41,311 nucleotides of DNA from a bacterium (GCA_020625635.1 JAHLBL010000001.1:1-41311); one strand, 5' to 3'; numbered from the stretch's first letter, positions 10,282 through 20,757 are shown. A program made the numbers and translations. Notes: generated by a model from the letters alone, not told the origin.

Positions 10282-11955
10282 TTACTTACCTTGTGTATCG
10301 TTGTAGTTCATAAGCTTTCGAGCGTGAGCGAGGGCGGTGTCGGTGACCTCGACTCCGTCGATGATCCTCGCGAGCTCGCGCGTTCTGCCCTCGTAGTCGA
10401 GCAGCTTAATATCAGTATATGTTCTGTCGTCCCTTATGTTTTTGGAAATGAGGAAGTGGCTGTCGGCAAGCGCGGCGATCTGTGCCTGATGAGTTACGCA
10501 GATCACCTGCCGCGAAGCGGAAACCTCCTTCAGCTTCAGCCCTACCTTCTGGGCGGCTGAGCCCGAGATCCCCGTGTCGACCTCATCAAAAATAAGGGTA
10601 TCTATCATATCGGTATTCGCTAAAACGGTCTTGATGGCGAGCATCATACGCGAAAGCTCGCCGCCCGAGGCGATTTTTGCCACAGGCTTCGGCGCTTCTC
10701 CGGGGTTGGCGGAGATAAGAAGCTCGATGCTGTCCTGACCGTCGCGGTTAAGCGCGCACTTTTCGCGCGAGACTATGAGCTCTACCCTCGGCATATCGAG
10801 GAAGCTCATTTCTGCTTTTACCTTTTTTTCAAAGTCGCGGGCTGTAGCTTCGCGCACACGCGTCAGCTCGTCGGCAAGGCTCTGCGCCTTTTCAAAAGCT
10901 TTCTCGCACTCTGCCTCCAGCTCGCTTACGTTCTCGTCGTATTTAAGAAGTCTCTCCAGCTCCGCGCGGGCGTCAGAGAGGAATTCGAGCATTTCCTCCT
11001 CGGTGTGCCCGTATTTGCGCGAAAGCTTGTTGAGCAGGTCGAGTCTCTGTTCGATCTCCTCGAGCCTGTAGGGGTTCTCCTCGCTCTCGTCTATCGCGTC
11101 GGATATCTCGTTGCCTGTGTCACGGATCTCGTAATAGAGGTCGTTAAGGCGGTTAAAAAGCCGCTCATATTCGGGGTTAAGGTCGCTCGCCTTTTGCAGA
11201 GCGGTAACGGCGTCGTCGAGAATATCAATCGCTCCCGTCACTCCCTCGCCCTCGAGGTATGCCTTAGTCTTGTGGAGCGCCTCGGTGATTTTTCCCGCGT
11301 TCATAAGCACGCGTCTCTCCTCGGTGAGGGCTTCCGTCTCGCCGATCTCGACAGCCGCGTCGTCGAGCTCGCTTACCTGGTAAGAAAGGATGTCGATTCT
11401 CTGCTCGCGGTTGGTCTCGCTCGCGCGGAAGTCGTTAAGCTGTTTTTTCAGCCTTCCGTATTCGCGGAAGGCCTCCCTGTAGCGGGCGAGCAGCTCCGCG
11501 TCGTCGGCAAGGTTATCTATGTAGGTGATGTGGGTTTCGGGTGAAAAAAGCTCGTAGCTCTCGTGCTGACCGTGAATGTTGATAAGATTCAGCCCGAGCT
11601 CTCTGAGGAACGAGACCGTAGCGGGACGACCGTTCACGCGGCAGACATTCTTGCCCGACAGCGAGAGCGTACGGCTGACTACGAGCTGTCCGTCCTCGAG
11701 CTGATAGCCGTTGTCGGTAAGCGTAGCGACAACAGCCTCGTTGACGTCCGAGAATGTCGCGAAAACCGTGGCGGTATCTTCGCCGTTTCGTATAATATCG
11801 CGTCCCGTTCGTCTTCCGAGAATGGCGTTTATAGCGTCAATAACGATACTTTTTCCCGCGCCTGTCTCGCCCGTGAGAATATTAAGCCCCGCGTACAAAT
11901 CAATATTCGTTTTTTCAATAACTGCGATGTTCTCTATGTAGAGCGAATTAAGCAT
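10282..11955 (-). CDS. recN: DNA repair protein RecN
   Basis: TGETGAGKS Walker A, coiled coil, ASGGELSR signature, FDEVD, VTHQAQIA. Confidence 0.96.
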   Translation of the reverse strand: MLNSLYIENIAVIEKTNIDLYAGLNILTGETGAGKSIVIDAINAILGRRTGRDIIRNGEDTATVFATFSDVNEAVVATLTDNGYQLEDGQLVVSRTLSLSGKNVCRVNGRPATVSFLRELGLNLINIHGQHESYELFSPETHITYIDNLADDAELLARYREAFREYGRLKKQLNDFRASETNREQRIDILSYQVSELDDAAVEIGETEALTEERRVLMNAGKITEALHKTKAYLEGEGVTGAIDILDDAVTALQKASDLNPEYERLFNRLNDLYYEIRDTGNEISDAIDESEENPYRLEEIEQRLDLLNKLSRKYGHTEEEMLEFLSDARAELERLLKYDENVSELEAECEKAFEKAQSLADELTRVREATARDFEKKVKAEMSFLDMPRVELIVSREKCALNRDGQDSIELLISANPGEAPKPVAKIASGGELSRMMLAIKTVLANTDMIDTLIFDEVDTGISGSAAQKVGLKLKEVSASRQVICVTHQAQIAALADSHFLISKNIRDDRTYTDIKLLDYEGRTRELARIIDGVEVTDTALAHARKLMNYNDTQGK

Positions 11956-11973
11956 TCTGTTCGTCCTTCCGGA

Positions 11974-12417
11974 TCAGAGATATTTTTTGAGGTCGATGAC
12001 GAGCATAGCGGCAAGCTCCGCCGAAGCGCACGCGATAAAAATAGTGTCGTCACCCGCGATAGTTCCGACGATCCCGCTCAGGCTGAGCGTGTCGATTGAG
12101 GCGCAGACCGCGTTAGCCATACCCGCGAGCGTCTTTATTACGACGATATTCGAAGCGGGCTTGACGGACACAACGGAGCTGTTGAAGAACGACCTCATAT
12201 CGCTGCTGTCGGAGTCGCTTTTCGACATTGAGGTGTAACGGTACTTACCGTCTGACGAAAGTGTTTTAAGAAGTCTCAGCTCCTTTATATCGCGCGATAC
12301 CGTCGCCTGAGTGACGTTGTAGCCGTCGGACTTGAGCCTGACGAGCAGTTCCTCCTGAGTCTCGATTGAAAATTCGTTAATGAGTTCAAGTATTCTCGCC
12401 TGACGTCGTGTTTTCAT
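11974..12417 (-). CDS. argR: Arginine repressor
   Basis: TQEEL, TQATVSRDIKEL, GTIAGDDTI. Confidence 0.95.
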   Translation of the reverse strand: MKTRRQARILELINEFSIETQEELLVRLKSDGYNVTQATVSRDIKELRLLKTLSSDGKYRYTSMSKSDSDSSDMRSFFNSSVVSVKPASNIVVIKTLAGMANAVCASIDTLSLSGIVGTIAGDDTIFIACASAELAAMLVIDLKKYL

Positions 12418-13274
12418 CAGTTTTTCCTCTCTTTCAGTTTTTCATTAAGAAGCTGATAAAAATTGCGCTCATACAGTGTGATTAGCTTCAGTTTGAGAGG
12501 GGAGCGCTTTACTGTTACGATATCCTCGGGGGATATCTCTATGTTTATTTCTCCGTCGACCGAAAGTATCGCGGGGATATCGTCGGACGGCTGGACAATC
12601 GCCGTGAGGACGGCGTCGCCTCCGAAAACGACGGAGCGCGAGATAAGCGAGTGCGGACAAATCGGCGTAAGAAGTATGCATTTCATCTCGGGGTAAATCA
12701 CGGGACCTCCCGCGGAAAGCGAGTAAGCCGTCGAGCCCGTCGGTGTTGAGAAGAGCAGTCCGTCGGCGCGGTAGGTGGGAATCGGGGAATCGTCGAGCGA
12801 AACCGAGATGTCGATGATCCGCGAAAGCTGTCCGCGGGCTACCGTCGCCTCATTAACGGCTATGTACTTTTTCTCCGAGCCGCCGCGTCTTACAGTTACG
12901 TCGAGCAGCATACGGTCGCGGATCTCATAATCACCGCTGATAAGCCGAAGCAGATCGGTAATGTTGTCGGGCTCGACCTCGGCGGCAAAACCGAGACGTC
13001 CGACGTTAACGCCGATAAGCGGTTTGTCCGCCTGCGCGGCGTGCTTGGCGGCGTGGATGATCGTACCGTCACCTCCGACGGTAACCGCCATATCGCAGCT
13101 GTCGAAAAGCTCGGCGTGAGTATCGCGGAATTCAAGATTCTCAAAGCGAGAAAACTCGCCGTATCTTCTCAGCGTTACGAGCTTCGCGCCCGCCCCACCG
13201 AGCAGCGTGATTATCTCAGCCGCGCACGAAACCGCTTTTTCCTTTGATGTATTTACAATTAGACCGATGTTCAT
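12417..13274 (-). CDS. nadK: NAD kinase
   Basis: GGDGT, GRLGF, NE, TPTGSTAYSLSAGGP. Confidence 0.95.
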   Translation of the reverse strand: MNIGLIVNTSKEKAVSCAAEIITLLGGAGAKLVTLRRYGEFSRFENLEFRDTHAELFDSCDMAVTVGGDGTIIHAAKHAAQADKPLIGVNVGRLGFAAEVEPDNITDLLRLISGDYEIRDRMLLDVTVRRGGSEKKYIAVNEATVARGQLSRIIDISVSLDDSPIPTYRADGLLFSTPTGSTAYSLSAGGPVIYPEMKCILLTPICPHSLISRSVVFGGDAVLTAIVQPSDDIPAILSVDGEINIEISPEDIVTVKRSPLKLKLITLYERNFYQLLNEKLKERKN

Positions 13275-13276
13275 AA

Positions 13277-14086
13277 TTACCTCTGTTTATCAAGAGCGTT
13301 GTGTGACTGTTCAACGAGCTCCTCGGGAGTAATTTCGGTGAAGGACTCGGGTGAGTCGGATTTTCTCAGGTGAATAAGGTACTCAATGTTGCCCTCGGGA
13401 CCCTTTATCGGGGAGAAATCGAGGTTGAGCACGCTGTAGCCATTCTCAAGGCAAAAGTCGTAAATTGAGCGCACAACCTCCGCGTGGACGGCGGGGTCGC
13501 GTACTACGCCCTTCTTCCCCACCTTTTCGCGTCCCGCCTCGAACTGCGGCTTTATAAGACACACAGCCTCCGCGTTTTCGCCGAGCAGCTCGCGCGCCAC
13601 TGGAAGCAGCAGCTTAAGAGAGATAAAGCTGACGTCTATGGAGAAGAAGTCAATTTCATCGGGGACCTGCTCACGGGTGACGCTGCGCATATTGGTGCGT
13701 TCAAGGTTAACTACGCGCTCGTCGGTGCGAAGCTTCCAAGCGAGCTGACCGTAGCCGACGTCGATGGAATAAACCTTTTTCGCGCCGTTCTGAAGCATAC
13801 AGTCGGTAAAGCCGCCCGTAGAGGCTCCGATATCCATTGTAACCTTATCTTTCAGGTCAAGGTCAAAATTATTGATAGCCTTCTCGAGCTTGAGACCGCC
13901 GCGGCTCACATAGCGCGGAGCCTTTCCGCGGAACTCGATCTCGGCGTTTTCGTCGTAGGACTGACCGCATTTATCGGCTTTCTGTCCGCTGACATAAACC
14001 TCGCCCGCCATAATTATCGCCTTTGCCTTTTCTCTGCTTTCGGCGAAGCCTCTTTCACAGACGAGTACATCAAGTCTCTTTTTCAT
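13277..14086 (-). CDS. tlyA: TlyA family rRNA 2'-O-methyltransferase
   Basis: S4 domain KRLD, YVSRGGLKL, DIGASTGGFTD, DVSFISL, LIKPQFE, GNIEY. Confidence 0.95.
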   Translation of the reverse strand: MKKRLDVLVCERGFAESREKAKAIIMAGEVYVSGQKADKCGQSYDENAEIEFRGKAPRYVSRGGLKLEKAINNFDLDLKDKVTMDIGASTGGFTDCMLQNGAKKVYSIDVGYGQLAWKLRTDERVVNLERTNMRSVTREQVPDEIDFFSIDVSFISLKLLLPVARELLGENAEAVCLIKPQFEAGREKVGKKGVVRDPAVHAEVVRSIYDFCLENGYSVLNLDFSPIKGPEGNIEYLIHLRKSDSPESFTEITPEELVEQSHNALDKQR

Positions 14087-15945
14087 AGATTTTCCTTTAT
14101 GATCTCCGCCATTCCCACGTCGTCAAGGCGAAGCTCGCTCAGAGCCTGCGCGACGGTCTCGTGACGGACGAAGGTATCCTTGATACCGTGGATTTTATAG
14201 TAGTGAATAGTGCCTGTTTTCTTCAGCTCATAGCCGAACGATTCGCCTATACCGCCCGCGACGAGCGACTCCTCAAAGAAGAATATGCGCCCACACTTAG
14301 CCGCCTCCGCGACCGCGTTGGTGTCGATCGGCTTAATTCGGCAGAGCTTTATGATTCTTACGTTTATGCCCTCCCCGGCGAGCATCTCCTTTGCCCTGCA
14401 CGCGTATGAGAAAAGTCTGCCGTAGGTAATCAGCGCGATATCGGCGCTGTCGTCGCCATACACATTGTAGTTAAGACTGTGGTGTCTGTAGTCGGACGGT
14501 CTGTACAGCTCGCCTCCGCGAGGATAGCGTACAGCCGCGAGCCCGTCGCAGTCATAAGTCGCCGCGTCGAGCGAATCCTCGAGCTCGTCAAAATAGCACG
14601 GGGAGAAAATCGTCGTATTCGGAATCGTGTTCAGCATACTGACGTCAAACGTTCCCTGGTGGGTTTCGCCGTCATCGCCGACGATGCCCGCGCGGTCTAC
14701 GCAGACGACGACGTGAAGCTTCTGGATAGCCGCGTCGTGAATGAGCTGGTCAAAGCCGCGCTGTAAAAAGGTCGAATAAACGGCAAAGAACGGAATGATC
14801 CCCTTTGTCGCCAGACCGCAGGCAAAGGTCACAGCGTGTTCCTCGGCGATACCGACGTCAAAAAAGCGGTTCTTATAAATGCGCGAGAACTCCGAAAGCC
14901 CCGTGCCGAGCGTCATAGCCGCGGTGATCGCGACAATCTTGCTGTCCTTAGCCGCCATTGAGCAGAGATGGTTTCCGAACACATAGGAAAAGCCCTTCTT
15001 ACTTGAGAGCGGCTCGCCCGTGTCGACGTCAAACTGTCCGATGCCGTGGAATTCCTTCGGACGGTTCTCGGCGGGCTCGTAGCCCTTGCCCTTCTTGGTG
15101 ACAACGTGGAGCAGAACGGGCTCGTTAGTCTTTTTGGCGAGCTCCAAAGCGTTTTTAAGCTCGTCAAAATCGTGACCGTCTATCGGTCCGATATATGTGT
15201 AGCCGAGAAAATCGAACAGAGTGTTCTTGTAAATCAGGTTTTTCAGCTTGCTCTTGCTGCGCTTAAGAAGCTTTTTAAAGAAGTTTCCGATAAGCGGAAT
15301 ATGTGAAAGCACACGCTCGGTGCGCCGTTTTATACGGATGTAGGTCGGCTTTATGCGCATATGCGAGAGCGTTTTAGCCATAGCGCCAACGTTATTTGAA
15401 ATCGACATCTTGTTATCGTTAAGGATGACGATAAAGTTCTTTTTGAACCGTCCCGCGTTGTTCAGCCCCTCGTACGCCATTCCGCCCGTCATCGAGCCGT
15501 CTCCGATAACCGCTATTGTGTAAGAGTTGTCGCCTTTGAGCTGCTTGGCTCTGGCGATACCGTAAGCCGCCGAAATCGAGGTGCTCGAGTGTCCCGCGTT
15601 AAACGCGTCGTACGGGCTCTCGCTGCGCTTCGGAAAACCCGCGAGACCGTCGCGCGTGCGGATAGTGTCGATCTCTTCATACCGTCCCGTGAGCATTTTA
15701 TGGACGTAGCTCTGGTGTCCGACGTCCCAGACTATGCTGTCCTCGGGGCAGTTGAAGGTTCTGTGGAGCATTACGGTCAGTTCCACGATTCCGAGGTTCG
15801 AGGCGAGGTGTCCGCCGTTGACGGAGACGACCTCGATGAGCTTCTCGCGTATTTCGGCGCACAGCTCCTTCAGCTCATCCTCGGAAAGAGGCTTTAAGTC
15901 GGACGGTGATTTAATTGTAGAAAGGATTTTGTACTTGTCTTCCAT
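14083..15945 (-). CDS. dxs: 1-deoxy-D-xylulose-5-phosphate synthase
   Basis: GGHLASNLG, WDVGHQ, GHSSTSISA, GDG...NDN TPP motif, DVGIAEEHA, DRAG. Confidence 0.96.
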   Translation of the reverse strand: MEDKYKILSTIKSPSDLKPLSEDELKELCAEIREKLIEVVSVNGGHLASNLGIVELTVMLHRTFNCPEDSIVWDVGHQSYVHKMLTGRYEEIDTIRTRDGLAGFPKRSESPYDAFNAGHSSTSISAAYGIARAKQLKGDNSYTIAVIGDGSMTGGMAYEGLNNAGRFKKNFIVILNDNKMSISNNVGAMAKTLSHMRIKPTYIRIKRRTERVLSHIPLIGNFFKKLLKRSKSKLKNLIYKNTLFDFLGYTYIGPIDGHDFDELKNALELAKKTNEPVLLHVVTKKGKGYEPAENRPKEFHGIGQFDVDTGEPLSSKKGFSYVFGNHLCSMAAKDSKIVAITAAMTLGTGLSEFSRIYKNRFFDVGIAEEHAVTFACGLATKGIIPFFAVYSTFLQRGFDQLIHDAAIQKLHVVVCVDRAGIVGDDGETHQGTFDVSMLNTIPNTTIFSPCYFDELEDSLDAATYDCDGLAAVRYPRGGELYRPSDYRHHSLNYNVYGDDSADIALITYGRLFSYACRAKEMLAGEGINVRIIKLCRIKPIDTNAVAEAAKCGRIFFFEESLVAGGIGESFGYELKKTGTIHYYKIHGIKDTFVRHETVAQALSELRLDDVGMAEIIKENL

Positions 15946-15967
15946 TATCCCTTACCTACCCATTTTT

Positions 15968-16840
15968 TCAGAATTTGCGGTTTACCATCGAGTTCGCAAG
16001 CTCGGTCAGAGCGGTTTTGTCGCCGTCGAATTTATCGAGCTCGGCGATCGCCTTATCGGTAAGCATACGCACGCGCTCCTTGCACTTCTCGATTCCGAGG
16101 AGTGAAACGAAGGTCGACTTGTTGTTCTTCTCGTCGCTGCCGACGGGCTTACCGAGCTGTTCGGTTGTGGAAACCACGTCGAGGATATCGTCAACGATCT
16201 GGAACGCCTGTCCGAGATAGTCGCCGTAGCTGAACGCAGCCTGAACCTTTTCCTCGTCCGCGCCCGCTGTGTGACAGCCCATTTCGCACGCTGCTGAAAT
16301 AAGCGCGCCTGTCTTGAGCTCCTGGATCGTTCTGAGTGTGTCGAGGTCGATATCTCTGTCCTCGTAGGCTAAATCCATAATCTGACCGCCCACCATTCCG
16401 AACGTACCGCAGCGTCTCGCCAGTGTCTGAACACACCTGCACGCAGCCTGCGCTCCGACAGCGGAAACGTACTCGGGGTTCGTCATAATATCGAACGCGT
16501 AGGACTGGAGAGCGTCGCCCGCGAGCAGCGCGGTGTCCTCGCCGTAAACCTTGTGATTCGAGGGCTTTCCGCGGCGTAGATCGTCGTCGTCCATACACGG
16601 CAGGTCGTCGTGGATCAGCGAGTATGTATGAATCATCTCAACGGCGCAGGCGTAAGGCAGAGCCGCCTCGTCGCTGCCGCCGCAGAGACGGGCAAATTCG
16701 AGCACCAGCCTCGGGCGAAGCCGCTTTCCGCCAGCCGAAAGGCTGTATCTCATCGAGGACAGCAGATTCTTTATATCATACCGCGCGTCCTCGGGTATGT
16801 AGTCAAACAGGAATTTTTCTATTCTCTGAATATCATTCAC
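15968..16840 (-). CDS. ispA: Polyprenyl (farnesyl/geranylgeranyl) diphosphate synthase
   Basis: GGKRLRP, HDDLPCMDDDDLRRG, KT, FQIVDDILD. Confidence 0.93.
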   Translation of the reverse strand: MNDIQRIEKFLFDYIPEDARYDIKNLLSSMRYSLSAGGKRLRPRLVLEFARLCGGSDEAALPYACAVEMIHTYSLIHDDLPCMDDDDLRRGKPSNHKVYGEDTALLAGDALQSYAFDIMTNPEYVSAVGAQAACRCVQTLARRCGTFGMVGGQIMDLAYEDRDIDLDTLRTIQELKTGALISAACEMGCHTAGADEEKVQAAFSYGDYLGQAFQIVDDILDVVSTTEQLGKPVGSDEKNNKSTFVSLLGIEKCKERVRMLTDKAIAELDKFDGDKTALTELANSMVNRKF

Positions 16841-17060
16841 CGATAATATCCCCCTTCTGCCTCATCTCATTAATTCTGGTGTTAATATCGGTAATCTCAC
16901 CCTTGTATTTATCGAGCTCGGCGTAGCAAAAGCTCAGAAGCTTAAAAGCTTCATCGTAGAGCTTCATACTCTCCTCGAGCGACAGCTCGCCGCTCTCCAT
17001 CTCAGCGACGATCGCCGAGAGCTTATCGTTAGCCTGCTCAAATGTTAATTTTTCGGACAT
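16833..17060 (-). CDS. xseB: Exodeoxyribonuclease VII small subunit
   Basis: LTFEQA..L..IV..MESGELSLEESMKLY; canonical position before ispA. Confidence 0.9.
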   Translation of the reverse strand: MSEKLTFEQANDKLSAIVAEMESGELSLEESMKLYDEAFKLLSFCYAELDKYKGEITDINTRINEMRQKGDIIGE

Positions 17061-17983
17061 TCCTTATCACTCGTTTCAGCAAGTTTTAGTAACTTTTGCA
17101 GACGGTGGTTTACACCGCTGCGCGATATCGGCGGGTCAAGACTCTCGCCGAGTTCCTTAAGCGACATATCAGGGTTATCGAGCCTGAGCGCCGCGAGCTC
17201 TCTCAGCTCGGCTGGAAGCGACTCGATACCGTCGCGCTTTATGATTTTTTTAATGGCGTGAATCTGCCGTGCCGAAGCGTCGGAGGTCTTTTTTATATTG
17301 GCAAGCTCCGAATTCATCCTGCGGTTGAGGAGGTTCATAGTCTCCTTATACGCCGAAGCCGCGAGCAGCTTCATAACCGCGTTACCAGCGCCGATATAGC
17401 CGAGGAACTCGCAAATCCCGTCATTATCCTTATAGTAAATCACACTCGAGCCGTTCCTGAGCGACAGCTTCGGCTTTGAGGAAAAGACCTCTATCTCGCC
17501 GATAAGGTGCACGAGGTTCTCCGCGAGAGCCCTGCGCTGGACGTTCAGCTCAAGGTGATAGCCCTTGTCGGGGTCGGTAACCGAACCGCAGCTTAGGAAA
17601 ACTCCGCGCAGAAACGACGCGTAAAGGCTTTCGTCAGCGATATTGGCGCGGTTTATTCTGAGCTTTATATCGCGCGGCGAGTGACCGAAGTCCTCGAAAA
17701 TCCGCTTGCAGTCCTCGCTCATAAGAACCGAAATCCTGTATAAGCCCTTTGAATCCGTATTGAGCTTCAGGTCGGATTTCTTCTCTATAATCGGGTTAAA
17801 AAGCTCCGACAGAAACCTCTCGAAGCGTGACGCCGAGTACCTGTTCTCGGTCTTGAACACAATCTCCCGGTTTGAGAACCTCCCCGAGAACAGCGCCATT
17901 CCGTAAAGCTCGGCGTATTTTCCGTCGCGCGAATCGGGCTCGACAGAAGCGAGCTCGCGCTTAACTTCCGATGAGAACGACAT
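17045..17983 (-). CDS. whiA: DNA-binding protein WhiA
   Basis: MSFSSEVKREL, FLRGVFLSCGSVTDP..YHLE, SLKELGE, SRSGVNHRL. Confidence 0.93.
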   Translation of the reverse strand: MSFSSEVKRELASVEPDSRDGKYAELYGMALFSGRFSNREIVFKTENRYSASRFERFLSELFNPIIEKKSDLKLNTDSKGLYRISVLMSEDCKRIFEDFGHSPRDIKLRINRANIADESLYASFLRGVFLSCGSVTDPDKGYHLELNVQRRALAENLVHLIGEIEVFSSKPKLSLRNGSSVIYYKDNDGICEFLGYIGAGNAVMKLLAASAYKETMNLLNRRMNSELANIKKTSDASARQIHAIKKIIKRDGIESLPAELRELAALRLDNPDMSLKELGESLDPPISRSGVNHRLQKLLKLAETSDKECPKN

Positions 17984-17984
17984 A

Positions 17985-18857
17985 TCAGTTTACCACCTTT
18001 TTTATATCGCGGTGATAAACGGAGGATTTATAGCCAAGTGTGTTAAAATGCTTTTTAAGATGCTCGGCGATAGACACGCTGCGGTGCTTTCCGCCCGTGC
18101 AGCCGATTCCGACTACGAGCTCCGCCTTGCCCTCCTTAAGATAGAGCGGCACGGCGCAGTCGAGAAACGCCGAGAGCTTTTCGATAAAGTCGGCGGTGTC
18201 CTCGGACTCAAAAACATAGTCGCGGACTTCCTTATCAAGCCCTGTCTTATCCCTGAGCTCGGGTATGTAAAACGGGTTGGGCAGACAGCGCACGTCGAAA
18301 ATCGTGTCGCAGTCGTTAGGAACGCCGTGCTTGAAGCCGAACGACATAAACGTGATGATCAGCGACTTCGCGTTGTAGCCGAGGAAAATCTGGGACACGC
18401 GCTCCTTGAGCAGCTTTGCAGAGACGTTGGTCGTGTCGATAATATGGTCGGCGACCTTTTTCAGCGGGTCAAGACAGGAACGCTCCAGCATAAGCGCGCT
18501 CTCGATCGAGTTGTCCGCGACGAAGTCCGCCAGCGGATGGCGGCGGCGCGTCTCCTTGTAGCGCGTTACGAGCACGTCGTCGCGCGCGTCGAGAAAGATG
18601 AGCGAAAAGTGCTTGCGCTCCTCCTTGAAGCTGACGATTACGTTGTAAAGGTCTCTGAGGTTGTTGCCTCCGCGCGCGTCAATAACGATCGCGACGCGCT
18701 TCATATTGTTGTCGGACGAGGTTACGCAGAGGTTGTAGAACGTCCGAAGAAGCGTCGGAGGCAGGTTATCGACGCAGTAAAAGCCGATATCCTCGAGCGA
18801 GTGGAGCGCGCAGGTCTTTCCCGCGCCCGATAATCCCGTAATAATTACAAATTCCAT
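17985..18857 (-). CDS. rapZ: RNase adapter RapZ/YvcJ
   Basis: GLSGAGKT, CVDNLPP, ETRRRHPL, SFGFKHG, DVRCLPNP, GCTGGKHRSV. Confidence 0.95.
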   Translation of the reverse strand: MEFVIITGLSGAGKTCALHSLEDIGFYCVDNLPPTLLRTFYNLCVTSSDNNMKRVAIVIDARGGNNLRDLYNVIVSFKEERKHFSLIFLDARDDVLVTRYKETRRRHPLADFVADNSIESALMLERSCLDPLKKVADHIIDTTNVSAKLLKERVSQIFLGYNAKSLIITFMSFGFKHGVPNDCDTIFDVRCLPNPFYIPELRDKTGLDKEVRDYVFESEDTADFIEKLSAFLDCAVPLYLKEGKAELVVGIGCTGGKHRSVSIAEHLKKHFNTLGYKSSVYHRDIKKVVN

Positions 18858-18861
18858 AATT

Positions 18862-19770
18862 CTAATTCAGAAATATAACTTCTCTTTTCAAATCGTAGCC
18901 CGTTTCATCCTTAACGGTTTTCTGTATCTTTTCAATAAGCGCCTTTACATCCTCCGCGGTAGCTCCGCCCGTGTTGACGATAAAGCCCGCGTGCTTAGGC
19001 GATACCTGAGCGCCGCCTACGGAAGCGCCCTTCAGACCGCACTGCTCTATCAGAGCGCCCGCGAAAGCGCCCTCGGGACGGCGGAACACCGAACCCGCCG
19101 ACGGGAATTCGAGCGGCTGCTTTGTCTTTCTGCGGTTCATATAGTCGTCCATACGGTTGCGGATCTCGGTTCTGCTGTCAAGTCTGAGCCTGAAGGTCGC
19201 TCCGATGATCGTATAGCCGTTCTCCTTGTAAACGCTATGGCGATAGCCGAAGTCGAGGTCGTCAGCCTTTATAGTGCCGAGCCTGCCCTCTCTGTCAATA
19301 TGCGTAACGGAGAAAACAACGTCCTTCATCTCGCCGCCGTAAGCGCCCGCGTTCATATACACCGCGCCTCCGACCGAACCCGGGATGCCCCAGGCGAACT
19401 CCAGCCCCGCAAGGCTGTTGTTCTCCGCCTCGCGGCAGAGTCCCGCGAGCGAGAGCCCCGCTCCGCAGTAGCAGGTGGTGTTGTCGAGACGGTTGAACTT
19501 CGCGAGCTCACCCGTCAGCTTAATGACAACCTTATCGAGACCGCCGTCGTTGACAACGACGTTGCTTCCCTTGCCGAGCACTATATAGTCGAGGTTGTCG
19601 GCGTTCGCGGCTCTGACGATCATACTGAGCTGATTTGAGTTATCAGCCTCAACCATGACCGCGGCGTTTCCGCCTATCTTAAATGTTGTATGTAAGCTCA
19701 TCGGCACGCCGCGCTTTACGCGGCAGCCGAGCTCCTCAACAATACTTATAAGCTTTGAATATTTATCCAT
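18862..19770 (-). CDS. murB: UDP-N-acetylenolpyruvoylglucosamine reductase
   Basis: HTTFKIGG, GKGSN, GIPGSVGGAVYMNAGAYG, QPLEFPSAGSVF, KHAGFIVN. Confidence 0.96.
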   Translation of the reverse strand: MDKYSKLISIVEELGCRVKRGVPMSLHTTFKIGGNAAVMVEADNSNQLSMIVRAANADNLDYIVLGKGSNVVVNDGGLDKVVIKLTGELAKFNRLDNTTCYCGAGLSLAGLCREAENNSLAGLEFAWGIPGSVGGAVYMNAGAYGGEMKDVVFSVTHIDREGRLGTIKADDLDFGYRHSVYKENGYTIIGATFRLRLDSRTEIRNRMDDYMNRRKTKQPLEFPSAGSVFRRPEGAFAGALIEQCGLKGASVGGAQVSPKHAGFIVNTGGATAEDVKALIEKIQKTVKDETGYDLKREVIFLN

Positions 19771-19791
19771 AAAATCTTCCTTTAAAGAAAT

Positions 19792-20757
19792 TTAATCCCA
19801 GTTATCGACGACGCGCTTCTCTATCATTTCGTCGTCGATCTCCATACCGAGGCTTGTGAGAAGGTCCTGAGCGGCGTTATAGCCCATCTTCTTCTGGCGG
19901 TTGTTCATAGCCGCCACCTCGATGATATTCGAAAGGTTACGTCCGGGCTTAACGGGAATAGTGAGAATAGGGATATCCACTCCGAGAATCTCCATATACT
20001 CGTTCTCAAGTCCCATACGGTCGTAAACCTTCTTGCTGTCCCACATTTCGAGGTTGACCACCATATCGATCTTCTCGTTGAGCTTGATCGAGCCCATACC
20101 GAAAAGGTTTCTGGCGTTTATAATTCCGATGCCGCGCAGCTCGATAAAGTGGCGGATATTCTGCGGCGACTGCCCGATAAGCGTGTGCGAGTTAGTACGG
20201 CGGATCTCAACCGCGTCATCCGCAACCAAACGGTGACCGCGCTTCATAAGGTCGATCGCGGTCTCGCTCTTTCCTACTCCGCTGTCGCCGATGATCAGAC
20301 AGCCTTCGCCGTATACCTCAACCAGAACGCCGTGGCGCGTGATACGCGGAGCGAGCTCCATACTGAGGTAGGTAACGAGGTTCGCCGTCAGCGCGGACGT
20401 GTTGTCCGACGACTGGAGCACGGGTATATTGTGCGAGGTCGCGCAGTTCATCATAGCGTCGTTGAACTCATAGCTTCTGCACAGGATAACCGCAGGAGGT
20501 CCGAACTGGAAAATCGAGTTGATTACGTGCTGCTGCTGTTCCGCGCCGAAACGCGAAAGGTAGGAAAATTCGGTATGACCGAATACGAGAATACGGGTTT
20601 TGTCGAAGAAGTCAAAGAAACCCGTCAGCTGTAGTCCCGGGCGGTTTATGTTGTTGTTCACAATCATAATCTTTTCGGGATCTTTCGGCATAAACATCGG
20701 CGTCAGCGAAAGCTCGTCGATAATTTTTTTCAGTGAAACCGAATACTCAGTTGCCAT
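19792..20757 (-). CDS. hprK: HPr(Ser) kinase/phosphorylase
   Basis: RPGLQLTG, HGVLVEVYGEG, GDSGVGKSE, HRLVADD, ELRGIGII, PVKPGRN. Confidence 0.96.
   Translation of the reverse strand: MATEYSVSLKKIIDELSLTPMFMPKDPEKIMIVNNNINRPGLQLTGFFDFFDKTRILVFGHTEFSYLSRFGAEQQQHVINSIFQFGPPAVILCRSYEFNDAMMNCATSHNIPVLQSSDNTSALTANLVTYLSMELAPRITRHGVLVEVYGEGCLIIGDSGVGKSETAIDLMKRGHRLVADDAVEIRRTNSHTLIGQSPQNIRHFIELRGIGIINARNLFGMGSIKLNEKIDMVVNLEMWDSKKVYDRMGLENEYMEILGVDIPILTIPVKPGRNLSNIIEVAAMNNRQKKMGYNAAQDLLTSLGMEIDDEMIEKRVVDNWD

Noticed and set aside
13277-14086. TlyA as a hemolysin or virulence factor
   Set aside because: Standard housekeeping context (dxs-tlyA-nadK-argR-recN) with methyltransferase motifs.
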